A DNA stretch of 64,000 nucleotides from Bacteroidales bacterium (GTDB lineage: Bacteria; Bacteroidota; Bacteroidia; Bacteroidales; UBA10428). The notes under the pieces are model-generated. The model was not told the DNA's origin. It saw nothing but the letters and a program-made list of their open reading frames with translations, and ran no database searches. Within the stretch, counting starts at the first letter, position 1. Each line of letters opens with the position of its first letter. Below, in pieces: positions 40,924-51,738 of this stretch. The translations under genes and the position numbers were made by a program. Where the stretch lies: positions 16,057 through 80,056 of the forward strand of contig JAFGRC010000009.1 in NCBI GenBank assembly GCA_016935355.1. The letters run 5' to 3'.

Positions 40924-42672
40924 CTATTCCAGTTCCAGGTTTAGCGTTTCTTTTAGTTTTGATAACAGGGGATTTTTAAGGTTCAGGTAGGCAAACTTCT
41001 CATCGCTTGTATACAATCTGACCTGATCTCCGTTTGTTGTTTCAGAAACAGCCGTTTCAACAGAAATTTCAGGGTTTTGCATTTCACGCCGTAAAAATTT
41101 CTCCAGTTCTGCTTTTGTGCTTGTATTGAAATCTTCAAGTTGTGCCTGATTGCTCAAAGTGATCATAATTCTGTTTCCGGAAGCTATTTCGGGTTTGGTG
41201 TTCTTAAGTGCGACAGCCATTCTGGGCCTGTTCCTGTGAATCTGATCCGCGTATGCTGCCCAGCACATATTGAGAAATTCCCGGGATATTGCCTTATCGG
41301 ATCCTGTCAGGGCTGTATCAGCCTGTAATTCACTGCTCTCCTGATCCTGACCGGTATCATGATCCGGAATGTCCATTATTTTTGATGTCAGCGCATCTTT
41401 TATGGATATGCTTTCCCCGGTTGAAGCATATTTTTGATACGGCTCATTCACGGTTACCTTACGCCCGGCAGAATGAGATCCTGTTGCAGGATGAGATCCG
41501 GTTTCTGTCTTGTTTTTTGCAGATGAAACGATTTCAGGAACAGGTATGTGATCGTTTTTATGATTCAGGTTTTTTTTTTCAGCATTCAGAGCGCAGAGTC
41601 TGATGAGTGCCAGTTCAACATGAAACCGTTGATTTTTGCTTGATTTGTAACCCACTTCACATTGGTTGCAGATTTCAAGTGCCTGAAACAAAAATTCAGG
41701 AGTACATAACGAAGCCTGTTTGATATACTGATCTTTCATGGTCTCACCTGCTTCCAGCAATTGAATGGTCTCAACATCACGGCTTACCAGAAGATCACGA
41801 AGATGACCCGACATACCACCAATAAAATGGAATCCGTCAAAACCCTTTGAAAGGATCTCATCATAGATCAGCAATGCGTTTGCGGTTGATTTACTGATAA
41901 AAGCTTCCGTCAGTCTGAAGTAATATTCCCGGTCAAGCACGTTGAGGTTCTCCGCAACTTCCTTGTATGTGATGTTATTTCCTGTAAAACTGGCTGTCTG
42001 ATCAAAGATCGACAAGGCATCACGCAAAGATCCTTCAGCTTTGACGGCAATCACGTGCAGTGCGTCCTTTTCATATTTGATGTTTTCAGAATCCGCAATC
42101 TTCATCAGATAGGTTATTATATCATCCGGATGGATCCTGTTAAAGTCAAAAACCTGGCATCGCGAAAGAATGGTAGGAAGTATTTTGTGTTTTTCAGTCG
42201 TTGCCAGAATGAATATCGCATGCGAGGGAGGTTCTTCCAATGTTTTCAGGAAGGCATTGAAAGCCGATTGTGATAACATATGCACCTCATCAATGATGTA
42301 TATGCTGTATTTACCAACCTGAGGATGAATGCGTACTTTTTCAATCAGACTGCGGATGTCATCAACCGAATTGTTGGAAGCGGCGTCCAGTTCATGAATG
42401 TTAAAAGATCTTGATTCGTTGAAGGCCAGACAGGATTCGCATTTTCCGCAAGCTTCAGCGGATTCGTCCAGGTTATAACAATTCAAAGTCCGTGCAAGAA
42501 TGCGTGCGCAGGTTGTTTTTCCCACACCGCGTGGTCCGCAAAACAAATATGCATGTGCAATTTGTCCCGTTCTAACCGCATTTCTGAGCGTACTGGTAAC
42601 AGAAGGTTGTCCGATAACGGCATCAAAAGACACAGGTCTGTATTTCCGCGCTGATACAATATAATTACCCAT
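40924..42672 (-). CDS. dnaX: DNA polymerase III subunit gamma/tau
   Basis: Walker A GPRGVGKTT, zinc module CGKCESC, DEVHMLS and SRCQ, followed by a tau-type C-terminal extension. Confidence 0.9.
   Translation of the reverse strand: MGNYIVSARKYRPVSFDAVIGQPSVTSTLRNAVRTGQIAHAYLFCGPRGVGKTTCARILARTLNCYNLDESAEACGKCESCLAFNESRSFNIHELDAASNNSVDDIRSLIEKVRIHPQVGKYSIYIIDEVHMLSQSAFNAFLKTLEEPPSHAIFILATTEKHKILPTILSRCQVFDFNRIHPDDIITYLMKIADSENIKYEKDALHVIAVKAEGSLRDALSIFDQTASFTGNNITYKEVAENLNVLDREYYFRLTEAFISKSTANALLIYDEILSKGFDGFHFIGGMSGHLRDLLVSRDVETIQLLEAGETMKDQYIKQASLCTPEFLFQALEICNQCEVGYKSSKNQRFHVELALIRLCALNAEKKNLNHKNDHIPVPEIVSSAKNKTETGSHPATGSHSAGRKVTVNEPYQKYASTGESISIKDALTSKIMDIPDHDTGQDQESSELQADTALTGSDKAISREFLNMCWAAYADQIHRNRPRMAVALKNTKPEIASGNRIMITLSNQAQLEDFNTSTKAELEKFLRREMQNPEISVETAVSETTNGDQVRLYTSDEKFAYLNLKNPLLSKLKETLNLELE
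41570..41579 (-). other. A10 homopolymer (coding strand) inside dnaX; candidate recoding/slippage site
   Basis: The coding strand reads GCT GAA AAA AAA AAC CTG (codons 364-369). The -1 frame stops after KKKPES and the +1 frame after KKKT. That the run is functional is inference. Confidence 0.4.
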
Positions 42673-43014
42673 TCATATGAACTTTACATGCAAAGATATT
42701 TATTTCTCAAATCTTACAGGGATCAGTGCCTGTTAACATTTAATTTTTTTCAAACATGTATTGTCTGTTCACATTCAAACACAATCGTTATCACAGTGTT
42801 GACAATGCTGCACATTTGCTTTCAGATCCGGTTTTACTGCTGCCATTTGCCTGTTTTCTGCAGGGGATTTTCAGGACTGCAATCCTGATTTCACTTTAAT
42901 CATGACAGAGCATGTATTCGGCACCATCCACAACATGTTCATCAATTAAAGGTCAGGTTGTCAGTGAAATAATCGTATACACAATTGGAAACAAATCTTT
43001 TAAGCGTTTACATC

Positions 43015-43410
43015 ATGTCATACAACTGGAGCAACCGGACCATACTGATCGCCGAAGATGATGAAATGAATTACCGTTATCTGGAGCTTATTTTTGAGAG
43101 GTTCACACACATTAATGTCATCTGGGCCATTAACGGCAGAATGGCAATAGATTACTGTCAGATTTACCAATATATTGACATTGTGATCATGGATATGCAG
43201 TTACCTGTGGTTGACGGACTCGAAGCCGTCAGGCAGATCAAGTCAATTAAGCCTGAGCTTCCCATTATCGCACATACAGCGAGCACATACAATGATGCAA
43301 TTGAACAGTGCCTGGATGCAGGATGCGATGACTATATTTCCAAACCTGTCAGCATTGAGGATTTACTCAACCGCATTGAAAATCTGTTGAATCCCGTCGC
43401 CACCAGTTAG
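43015..43410 (+). CDS. stand-alone response-regulator receiver domain protein (CheY-like)
   Basis: Acidic pocket EDDE, phospho-acceptor context VIMDMQLP, HTAS and SKP. The track start at 42985 is a TTG; the ATG is at 43015. Confidence 0.75.
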   Translation: MSYNWSNRTILIAEDDEMNYRYLELIFERFTHINVIWAINGRMAIDYCQIYQYIDIVIMDMQLPVVDGLEAVRQIKSIKPELPIIAHTASTYNDAIEQCLDAGCDDYISKPVSIEDLLNRIENLLNPVATS

Positions 43411-43550
43411 TTCAGAACCGTTTCAAAAAGTCGGTCCAATTCCTCAAAATTCTTTAAAATCGTTGCAGGAAATCGTTTTTATCAGGATTGCAGTTTCAGC
43501 ATTCGGTTTTTTGTTTTATATTGGTGCTGAAATCAAGATAACCCAACATT

Positions 43551-45455
43551 ATGAGAACCCTCCCCCATCTTTTTGAGGATTGCGTGAACAAATACAGCAG
43601 CAATGTTTTCCTGCTGGAAAAAAGCAATAACAAATATAAAGGTACGACTTTCAAAGAAGTACAGGAAAAAGTCCATCAGTTCGCAGCAGGACTTATTCAG
43701 CTGGGAATAAAAAAAGGAGACCGGGTGGCGCTGTTTTCGGAAGGAAGAAATGACTGGGTGATCAGCGAGCTGGGAATATTCTTTGCCGGTGCGGTGGACG
43801 TGCCCCTGTCGGTGAAACTTACTGAACCTGTAGATCTTGTTTTCCGGTTGAATCATTCGGGAGCAAAATATATCATCGTTTCAAAAAGCCAGGCAAAAAA
43901 GATCCTGCCTTTGAAAAAGGAATTAAAACATCTTGAAAAAATAATTCTGCTCGATGATCTGGAGCGTTCTGAAGAATTTATAATCTTTTTCTGTGACGTG
44001 TTAAAAACGGGAGAAGGTTTTCTTCGGAATAATGCCGCACAATTTCAGGAAAGATGGCAGTCGGTTGATGAGAACGATTATGCAAACATCTGTTACACTT
44101 CGGGGACAACGGCAGATCCAAAGGGCATTGTTCTGAGCCACCGCAATTATACCGCAAATATAGAACAATCCCTGAGCCTTTTTACCATACCCATGTTCTG
44201 GACTACCCTTCTCATATTGCCATGGGATCATGCGTTCACGCATACATGCGGTATTTATACATTGATGTCGTGCGGGGCGAGTCTGGCATCCGTCCAGGTC
44301 GGTTCAACACCTATGGAAACCCTGAAGAACATTCCTGTTAACATCAGGGAAAACAGGCCCTGTCTGCTGCTGAGCGTACCTTCGCTGGCGAAGAACTTTA
44401 AGAAGAACATTGAAAAAGGTATCCGGGAAAAAGGACAGGCAGCAGTGAAACTGTTCAACGCCGGTCTGAAGATCGCATACCTGTACAACGGTTCAGGATT
44501 TAACAGGGGCAAGGGCTTCAGGATATTTCTGAAGCCGCTTAATGATCTTTTTGATACCATTATTTTCAAAAAGATCCGTGAAAATTTTGGCGGAAGGCTT
44601 GAATATTTTATCGGTGGCGGTGCATTGCTGGACATCGACCTGCAGAAATTTTTCTATGCCATTGGTTTACCCATGTATCAGGGATACGGATTGACCGAGG
44701 CCTCTCCGGTGATATCAGCCAATACACCATCGCGGCACAAGATGGGTTCATCAGGAATTCTGGTCGATAACCTTGAAGTCAAAATCTTTGATGACGAAGG
44801 CAATGAGGTTCCTGCAGGCGAACAGGGAGAAATCGTTGTAAGAGGAGAGAACGTAATGCAGGGTTACTGGAACAATCCTGAGACCACAAAAGAAACGATC
44901 AGAAATGGCTGGTTGTTTACAGGTGATCTGGGTTATTTCGACCGCGACGGCTTCCTGTATGTTCTGGGTCGATTTAAAAGCCTGCTGATCAGTGACGACG
45001 GAGAAAAGTACAGTCCCGAAAGCGTTGAAGAGTCACTTGTCCAGCATTCGGATTTCATTGAACAATGCATCCTTTACAACAACCAGAATGCATATACCGG
45101 CGCATTGATCTATCCGGATGTTGCTGCCATTAAGTCGTACATGAAGACGCACGGCATTGAGGCAGATGCGAATATGCCCGGAGTGATCTTGCAGCTGATC
45201 AGAACCCAGATTGATCAGTTTCTGAAAGGAGGAAAACTTGATGGTATATTCCCCTACCGTTGGTTGCCTGCAACGTTTGCCGTTATTGAGGAAGGATTTA
45301 CCGAAGAAAACCGACTGATGAACAGTACATTAAAAATTGTACGTCCCCGGATCGTGGAACGCTATCAGGACCGTCTGAACTACCTGTACACACCGCAGGG
45401 TAAAAACATAATTAATGAATCCAACGTCAGTACATTATTAAAACTCTTGCAATAA
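43551..45455 (+). CDS. long-chain fatty acid--CoA ligase (AMP-binding family)
   Basis: Motifs YTSGTTADPKGIVLSHRN, QGYGLTE, TGDLGYFD and the overall ANL architecture. Confidence 0.8.
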   Translation: MRTLPHLFEDCVNKYSSNVFLLEKSNNKYKGTTFKEVQEKVHQFAAGLIQLGIKKGDRVALFSEGRNDWVISELGIFFAGAVDVPLSVKLTEPVDLVFRLNHSGAKYIIVSKSQAKKILPLKKELKHLEKIILLDDLERSEEFIIFFCDVLKTGEGFLRNNAAQFQERWQSVDENDYANICYTSGTTADPKGIVLSHRNYTANIEQSLSLFTIPMFWTTLLILPWDHAFTHTCGIYTLMSCGASLASVQVGSTPMETLKNIPVNIRENRPCLLLSVPSLAKNFKKNIEKGIREKGQAAVKLFNAGLKIAYLYNGSGFNRGKGFRIFLKPLNDLFDTIIFKKIRENFGGRLEYFIGGGALLDIDLQKFFYAIGLPMYQGYGLTEASPVISANTPSRHKMGSSGILVDNLEVKIFDDEGNEVPAGEQGEIVVRGENVMQGYWNNPETTKETIRNGWLFTGDLGYFDRDGFLYVLGRFKSLLISDDGEKYSPESVEESLVQHSDFIEQCILYNNQNAYTGALIYPDVAAIKSYMKTHGIEADANMPGVILQLIRTQIDQFLKGGKLDGIFPYRWLPATFAVIEEGFTEENRLMNSTLKIVRPRIVERYQDRLNYLYTPQGKNIINESNVSTLLKLLQ

Positions 45456-45557
45456 TAATCCCTCCGGGCATGATCTGTTAAACCTGATCCCCTGTTCCAA
45501 ATGTTGCAACGGATGCATTTCTTTAACCAGTATGTGTATTAAATACATCTGCTTTAT

Positions 45558-45565
45558 TAATTTTG
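45558..45565 (+). promoter_or_regulatory. candidate Bacteroidota -7 promoter element (TAnnTTTG) for metH-metF
   Basis: TAATTTTG lies 39 nt upstream of the metH ATG. This is a motif match only. Confidence 0.3.
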
Positions 45566-45603
45566 CCTGTGTAATCGATCACTTCAAATTGATTTGATAA
45601 GTC

Positions 45604-48600
45604 ATGAACAAGCCTGATATTAAAGACCTGCTGTCTGAAAAAATCCTGTTGCTTGACGGGGCAATGGGAACCCTTATTCAGAAACTCAGGTTTGAGGAAA
45701 AAGATTATCGCGGGAAGCAGTTCATGGATCATCCTGGCAACCTTAGTGGAAATCATGATGTTCTTTCCATTACACAACCTGAAGCCATCAGACAGATACA
45801 CCTGGAATATCTGAATGCAGGTGCAGATATTATCCAGACCAATACATTCAATGCCAATGCAATATCCCAGTCAGATTATGGACTGAGCAATCATGTGTAC
45901 GAGATGAACTATGCATCGGCAAAAATTGCAGCCGTGGCAGCGCAAGAGGTTACCAGGCGCGATCCTTCCAAACCAAGATATGTTGCAGGATCACTCGGTC
46001 CAACCAACAAAACGGCATCAATTTCACCGGATGTAAACGATCCGGGTTTCCGTGCCGTTACATTTGACGGCCTGGTTTCTGCATATGGTGAACAGGCTCG
46101 GGCCCTGATCGAAGGTGGTGCTGACCTGCTGCTCATCGAGACCATATTCGATACGCTCAATGCAAAGGCTGCGTTATTTGGAATCGAAGAAATTTTTACA
46201 AATATTCAAAAAAGGCTGCCTGTCATGATTTCAGCCACCATAACAGACGCCAGCGGCCGGACGCTCTCAGGACAAACGATCGAAGCATTTCTGCATTCAG
46301 TATCCCATGCACGTCCCCTGAGCATAGGTGTCAATTGCGCCCTCGGGGTAAGGGAAATGTTTCCTTATGTCAAAGAACTGGCTACAAAATCACCTTTTTT
46401 TATCAGTGCACATCCCAATGCCGGACTCCCCAATCAGTTCGGTGAGTATGACGACACACCCGGCAATATGAAAGATCTTTTCAGGGATTACCTTGAAAAC
46501 AAATGCCTGAATATTCTTGGCGGTTGCTGCGGAACCACTCCGGAACATATCAAAGCATTTGCGGAACTGGCAGGATCCTACCCGCCCAGGGAAATACCAG
46601 CTTTGAAGCCTGTTACCTGTGTCAGCGGACTTGAAACACTTACCATCAGCAGCGAGAGCAATTTTGTCAATATTGGTGAAAGAACGAATGTTGCAGGCTC
46701 GGTAAAATTTGCCAGACTGATACGCGAGGAAAAATTCGAGGAGGCGGTCGCCATAGCCCGCGAGCAGGTAGAAAACGGTGCACAGATACTGGATATTTGT
46801 ATGGATGATGCCATGCTCGACGCAGAGAAATGCATGGTGCATTATTTAAACCTGCTGGCATCTGAACCGGAGATCGCAAAATTGCCTTTCATGATCGATT
46901 CATCCAAATGGTCGGTCATAGAATCCGGCTTAAAGTGTGTTCAGGGAAAACCGATCGTAAATTCACTGAGTCTGAAAGAAGGGGAGGCGCTTTTCGTTGA
47001 ATACGCCAGGAAGGTAAAACAATATGGTGCCGCCCTCGTGGTCATGGCTTTTGATGAACAAGGTCAGGCGGATACGTTTGAACGGAGGATCTCAATCTGT
47101 GAACGGGCATACCGCATACTGACGACAAAAGCAGAATTTGCACCTGAAAACATCATTTTTGATCCCAATGTTCTTGCAATAGGGACAGGTATTGAGGAAC
47201 ACAGCAATTATGCAGTAGATTTCATAAAGACCATAACCTGGATCAAGAAAAATCTGCCACATGCAAAAGTGAGCGGAGGCATCAGCAATCTTTCCTTCGC
47301 TTTCAGAGGTAACAATACAATACGTGAAGCCATCCATTCTGTCTTTCTCTACCATGCCATCAAGGCCGGTCTGGATATGGGTATTGTAAATCCGGGAATG
47401 CTTGCGGTATATGATGAACTTCCCGGCGATCTGCTTGAGCTTGCGGAGGATGTTGTATTAAATCGCCGGATCGATGCGACAGAACGGTTAATTGACTATG
47501 CCAACGCAAATCAGAACAGGAACATCAAAGAGGAAAAATTCCTTGAATGGCGCAACTTGAGTCTGGAAGACAGGATCAATCATGCAATTATCAAGGGGAT
47601 CACAGATTTCATCGAAGCAGATGTTCTTGAGGCAAGACAAAAATATTCAAAAGCCCTGCATGTGATTGAAGGACCTCTGATGAACGGGATATCAGTAGTG
47701 GGTGATCTTTTTGGTGATGGCAAGATGTTTCTTCCCCAGGTGGTAAAAAGCGCACGGGTAATGAAGAAAGCGGTTTCGGTCCTGCAACCTTTCATTGAAC
47801 AGGAAAATGAAACGGATCCGGCATCCGGAATCAGTTCGGCCGGTAAAATTTTACTGGCCACTGTAAAGGGTGATGTACATGACATCGGGAAAAATATTGT
47901 GGGTATCGTGCTTTCATGTAACAATTATGAGGTCATTGACCTTGGCGTGATGGTCCCGACTGAAAAGATCATCCGGGAAGCATTGACCGGCAAGGTTGAC
48001 ATCATTGGTTTAAGCGGACTGATCACACCGTCTCTTGAGATTATGACAGATGCGGCAAAACAGCTTGAAAAACAACGGATAAAAATACCCTTGCTGATCG
48101 GCGGTGCAACGACTTCCAAAATTCATACTGCAGTAAAGATCGCTCCTCATTATCACGGACCCGTTGTACATGTGAAAGATGCCTCTAAAAGTGTTGGCGT
48201 GGTCAGCAACTTTTTATCAACATCAAAAAGAAAATCATTTGAGAAGCTGATCCGGGATGAATATGAAGAGTTGCGCAGGACATATGAAGGAGTGAAAAGC
48301 AGGACCGACTACATCACACTTGAAGCGTCCAGGAAAAACAGGTTCAAAATTGACTGGGAAAGCGAACAAATTGATATACCTCAGTTTACAGGAATTAAAA
48401 TATTCAGGGATTATCAGATTGAAGAAATTCGCAGATATATCAACTGGGTATTCTTTTTTGTCGTTTGGCAATTGAGGGGCAGGTTTCCGGCCATACTGGA
48501 TGATCCGGCAATGGGAGCCGAAGCAAGGAAGCTGTATGATGATGCAAATAAGCTCCTTAACAGGATTGCCGATGAAAAACTCATAACGGCAAATGCCGTG

Positions 48601-49290
48601 GTGGGTATATTTCCGGCCAATGCTGTCGGCGATGACATTGAAGTCTACACGGACAATTCAAGACAAAAGGTATCAGCCTGTTTTTATAATCTCAGGAATC
48701 AGGAATTGAAGACAAATGGTTCAACGGTAAATTTATGCCTGTCAGACTTCATTGCCCCGAAATCCAGCGGACGGGAAGACTATATAGGAGCTTTTGCAGT
48801 TACAGCCGGTGTGGGTACAGAAGCTGTCATCAGGGAATTCTCAGAAGAACAGGACGACTATCATATCATTATGGTAAAGGCTCTGGCTGACAGGCTGGCT
48901 GAAGCTTTTACCGAGCTGATCCATGAGAAGGTGAGAAAGGAAATATGGGGATACGCTCCTGATGAAAACATATCCCTTGAAGCACTGCTTCTTGAAAGAT
49001 ACAGGGGTATCAGGCCCGCACACGGCTATCCTGCCTGTCCCGACCATTCAGAGAAACAAACACTCTTCCGCTTGCTTGATGTTGAAAAAAGAGCGGGAAT
49101 TACCCTTACCGAAACATTTTCAATGAATCCTCCTGCATCAGTGAGCGGACTCATATTTGCGCATCCGCTTTCAAAATATTTTCATGTAGGTAAAATCAGC
49201 AGGGACCAGGCTTCAGATTATGCAACCAGAAAAGGATTGTCTTTGAAGCGGATCGAAAACCTGCTGGCATCAAATCTGAATTACAAATAA
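45604..49290 (+). CDS. metH: cobalamin-dependent methionine synthase
   Basis: 1228 aa. Homocysteine-binding (GGCCGTTP), pterin-binding, B12-binding ([10 protein letters not shown]) and AdoMet activation domains are all present. Confidence 0.95.
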   Translation: MNKPDIKDLLSEKILLLDGAMGTLIQKLRFEEKDYRGKQFMDHPGNLSGNHDVLSITQPEAIRQIHLEYLNAGADIIQTNTFNANAISQSDYGLSNHVYEMNYASAKIAAVAAQEVTRRDPSKPRYVAGSLGPTNKTASISPDVNDPGFRAVTFDGLVSAYGEQARALIEGGADLLLIETIFDTLNAKAALFGIEEIFTNIQKRLPVMISATITDASGRTLSGQTIEAFLHSVSHARPLSIGVNCALGVREMFPYVKELATKSPFFISAHPNAGLPNQFGEYDDTPGNMKDLFRDYLENKCLNILGGCCGTTPEHIKAFAELAGSYPPREIPALKPVTCVSGLETLTISSESNFVNIGERTNVAGSVKFARLIREEKFEEAVAIAREQVENGAQILDICMDDAMLDAEKCMVHYLNLLASEPEIAKLPFMIDSSKWSVIESGLKCVQGKPIVNSLSLKEGEALFVEYARKVKQYGAALVVMAFDEQGQADTFERRISICERAYRILTTKAEFAPENIIFDPNVLAIGTGIEEHSNYAVDFIKTITWIKKNLPHAKVSGGISNLSFAFRGNNTIREAIHSVFLYHAIKAGLDMGIVNPGMLAVYDELPGDLLELAEDVVLNRRIDATERLIDYANANQNRNIKEEKFLEWRNLSLEDRINHAIIKGITDFIEADVLEARQKYSKALHVIEGPLMNGISVVGDLFGDGKMFLPQVVKSARVMKKAVSVLQPFIEQENETDPASGISSAGKILLATVKGDVHDIGKNIVGIVLSCNNYEVIDLGVMVPTEKIIREALTGKVDIIGLSGLITPSLEIMTDAAKQLEKQRIKIPLLIGGATTSKIHTAVKIAPHYHGPVVHVKDASKSVGVVSNFLSTSKRKSFEKLIRDEYEELRRTYEGVKSRTDYITLEASRKNRFKIDWESEQIDIPQFTGIKIFRDYQIEEIRRYINWVFFFVVWQLRGRFPAILDDPAMGAEARKLYDDANKLLNRIADEKLITANAVVGIFPANAVGDDIEVYTDNSRQKVSACFYNLRNQELKTNGSTVNLCLSDFIAPKSSGREDYIGAFAVTAGVGTEAVIREFSEEQDDYHIIMVKALADRLAEAFTELIHEKVRKEIWGYAPDENISLEALLLERYRGIRPAHGYPACPDHSEKQTLFRLLDVEKRAGITLTETFSMNPPASVSGLIFAHPLSKYFHVGKISRDQASDYATRKGLSLKRIENLLASNLNYK

Positions 49291-49333
49291 CAAAGGCTGC
49301 TATTAAACCGTATATCATATATCAACACGGCAG

Positions 49334-50200
49334 ATGATGAAGATCAGAGATTTATTTGGACATTCGGATAAAACATTCTCATTTGAGTTTTTCCCGCCCA
49401 GAGATGAGGTTTCCGCAGTGGACTTCGGTATAAACGTAGGTCAGCTCATTAAGCTCAACCCTTCTTTCGTTTCAGTGACCTATGGAGCCGGAGGTTCAGG
49501 TCAGGAAAAGACCTTCACACTGGTGGACTTCCTTCAGAATAAAATCGGACTGACAACAATGGCACATTATACATGCGTGGGTTCGAACCGGGAAAAGATC
49601 TTTAACGACATGCAATATCTTCAGAAGCTAGGAATTGAGAACCTGATGCTCCTAAGGGGAGATCCACCGGCAGGATCCGTTTCCTTTCAGGCCCCGAAGG
49701 ATGGATTTTCACATGCCAGTGATCTGATCAGGTTTGTCAGGGACAACTATGATTATTCCATAGGAGGAGCCGCATACCCTGAAAAACATCCTGAAGCCCC
49801 CACACTGGAGGAAGATATCGGGCATTTGAAAGAAAAATACCAGTCGGGGTCGGATTTCCTGATCACACAATTGTTTTTTAACAACGAAGCATATTTCAGT
49901 TTTGTAAAGCTCGCCCGTGAGCGCGGGATCAACTGCAGGATCATACCCGGGATCATACCCATTACCAGCTATGCCCAGATCAACAGGTTCGCGAATATGA
50001 CAGCTGCGCACATCCCGCATGAATTGCATGAGAAGCTTGAAGAATACAAAGACAATCCGGATAAAATATACCAGGCCGGCATCGACTTTTCCATCGGGCA
50101 GTGCAGGGATCTGCTTGAAAAAGGCGCTCCCGGCATACATTTTTATACCCTGAACAAATCGCGTGCTGCCGTGGAAGTCTTCGAGTCGCTGAACCTCTGA
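49334..50200 (+). CDS. metF: methylenetetrahydrofolate reductase
   Basis: Motifs FEFFPPR, VTYGAGGS, LRGDPP and ITQLFF. It lies 43 nt downstream of metH on the same strand. Confidence 0.9.
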   Translation: MMKIRDLFGHSDKTFSFEFFPPRDEVSAVDFGINVGQLIKLNPSFVSVTYGAGGSGQEKTFTLVDFLQNKIGLTTMAHYTCVGSNREKIFNDMQYLQKLGIENLMLLRGDPPAGSVSFQAPKDGFSHASDLIRFVRDNYDYSIGGAAYPEKHPEAPTLEEDIGHLKEKYQSGSDFLITQLFFNNEAYFSFVKLARERGINCRIIPGIIPITSYAQINRFANMTAAHIPHELHEKLEEYKDNPDKIYQAGIDFSIGQCRDLLEKGAPGIHFYTLNKSRAAVEVFESLNL

Positions 50201-50249
50201 TCTGTTTTGTACGTCGATGCAACAAAGGTAAGACATCTCCGGTCCGTCT

Positions 50250-50900
50250 GTTACACTATCTTTCCTACCGCAGCAACAGAAATATACATTATTACTGATG
50301 CAACAATTCCAATGATAATCAGTCCGATCATCAAAATGATCCATTGGATTGTATCTGTGTAAATTACAGCTTTCAGGCCACCGAGTGCAGTATATAATAT
50401 GGCGATCACACCCATAATCATCAATGCCCATTCCAGCTTCAGACCGGAAATGGTTGATGAAGCCAGTTTTGCACCGGCAAGTATCTGCGAACTTGTAAAT
50501 CCCAGATATCCTATTGCCGAAATAACACCTGCGAGTAGTGTGCAACCCTGTTGTCGTATACACTGCCTAGAAATTGCGGAAATGAGAAAAATCCCCTGCC
50601 TTTTGTCAGCCTTAAAACATAAGGTATCAGGAATACACCATTCAGCCAGGCACCGGTCAAACCTGTAAAAAGCAGCCAGCTACCTGAGAGCTCCATAATA
50701 AAACACAGCCTGCCCAGTCCGATTGAAAAACCACCGCCAACATCTGTCGTGACAACGGACAAACCTATATATAGACTGTTCATCTGTCTGCCTCCGACAA
50801 AGTAATCTTCTATGGTTTTGTTTTTTCTTAAAAAGAAAAATCCCACATAAAGCATGGCTGCCATATACGAAATGAAAATGAGCAGATCAACAACCTGCAT
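50250..50900 (-). pseudogene. sodium:solute symporter (SSF) family remnant; frameshifted and 3'-truncated
   Basis: The frame from 50900 gives DYFVGGRQMN...TTDVGGGFSIG and stops at 50508-50510. Shifting frame near 50535-50550 restores TLLAGVISAIGYLGFTSSQILAGAKL...YTALGGLKAVIYTDTIQW, which ends at a TAA (50250-50252). Only about 217 codons remain. Confidence 0.7.
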
Positions 50901-51738
50901 CCTGAATATGTTTGTAAAACACGTTCATGCTTTCAATATTACCGGCTATATTTGTGTTTTTGATCAGGGTTCCGGCGTACCTGTAATGCAGCCTGAGAAA
51001 GGTCCGGTTCATAGCCGTCGAATTTAAGCGGGCGATTGTATAGAGGGTGAAAATTCCCTGTTGTTTCATTTCCTGTTCCATGGCTGATAAAAGAATCACT
51101 GACAGGCTATTCCCCCTGAAATCAGGTAAAGTTGCGAAATCGGTCATTTCTGCATTTGCACCTTTTCTGTCAGTTTCTGCTGATGCCAGAGCAGTAAGCT
51201 GACCCTGTCTTTCAATACCGAAAAATTGAACATTGTTCTTCATACCAAACAGGATATATTCAGAATCGAATATGGGAAACGGATAACTGTCAAATACCTG
51301 TTTGTATAATCCGGCAATTTCGTCAGCGCGATCCGCTTTAAGCTTCAGTAATGAAAAGCCGGACTTTAGTTTTGCCGGATTTTTGATTTTCCCTACGGTC
51401 AGCAATTGTTGCGAAAGTTCTTCCAGCTTTTTATGTTCAATACTCATGATTCTGTCAGAATCAAGAAATTTGGAAAGAAAGAAAACATCTTCCCTGTTGT
51501 TGTAAAACCTTGGAATATGAGCCTCAACAATGAATCCTTTCGACAGAAATGCAGGTGTTGCCCAACAGGGCACTTTACAGAATATCTTTGTATATGCATG
51601 TTCTCTTGTCAGATTGTTGATATGTTCTATTATACCGGGGAAATCTTCCTGGACCAGCTTCATCAGGTATACACGGCCATTCTTATGTCCCTGCTGAACA
51701 ACTGATCCCCTGCCATATGTTTCAATCTTGTCCTGCAT
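50887..51738 (-). CDS. ablB: beta-lysine N6-acetyltransferase (GNAT, AblB-like)
   Basis: 283 aa, overlapping the 3' end of the aminomutase gene. The C-terminal GNAT region reads [14 protein letters not shown]...[15 protein letters not shown]...IESMNVFYK, as in AblB-type proteins. The call is from recall, not a search. Confidence 0.68.
   Translation of the reverse strand: MQDKIETYGRGSVVQQGHKNGRVYLMKLVQEDFPGIIEHINNLTREHAYTKIFCKVPCWATPAFLSKGFIVEAHIPRFYNNREDVFFLSKFLDSDRIMSIEHKKLEELSQQLLTVGKIKNPAKLKSGFSLLKLKADRADEIAGLYKQVFDSYPFPIFDSEYILFGMKNNVQFFGIERQGQLTALASAETDRKGANAEMTDFATLPDFRGNSLSVILLSAMEQEMKQQGIFTLYTIARLNSTAMNRTFLRLHYRYAGTLIKNTNIAGNIESMNVFYKHIQDAGC

Noticed and set aside
42673-43014. Possible SRP (4.5S) RNA or other ncRNA upstream of dnaX, by analogy with Firmicutes. 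The region has a GGTCAGGT string and a TCAGGA-N6-TCCTGA hairpin.
   Set aside because: The conserved SRP domain IV sequence (GGAAGGAAGCAGC context) is absent on both strands. The hairpin is short, and the 66-aa ORF at 42688-42888 looks non-coding.
45456-45603. Possible SAM or cobalamin riboswitch upstream of metH, and a THF/preQ1-type element upstream of folE (22925-23126).
   Set aside because: I could not find a B12 box, SAM-I/II core or other conserved riboswitch motif. The GCCACTG at ~47870 lies inside metH coding sequence. A covariance-model scan (Rfam/Infernal) would be the decisive test.
49709-50563. A 284-aa minus-strand ORF.
   Set aside because: It runs antisense through the well-conserved 3' half of metF and out-of-frame through the symporter remnant. 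Its Cys/Arg-rich composition is implausible. It is a shadow ORF.
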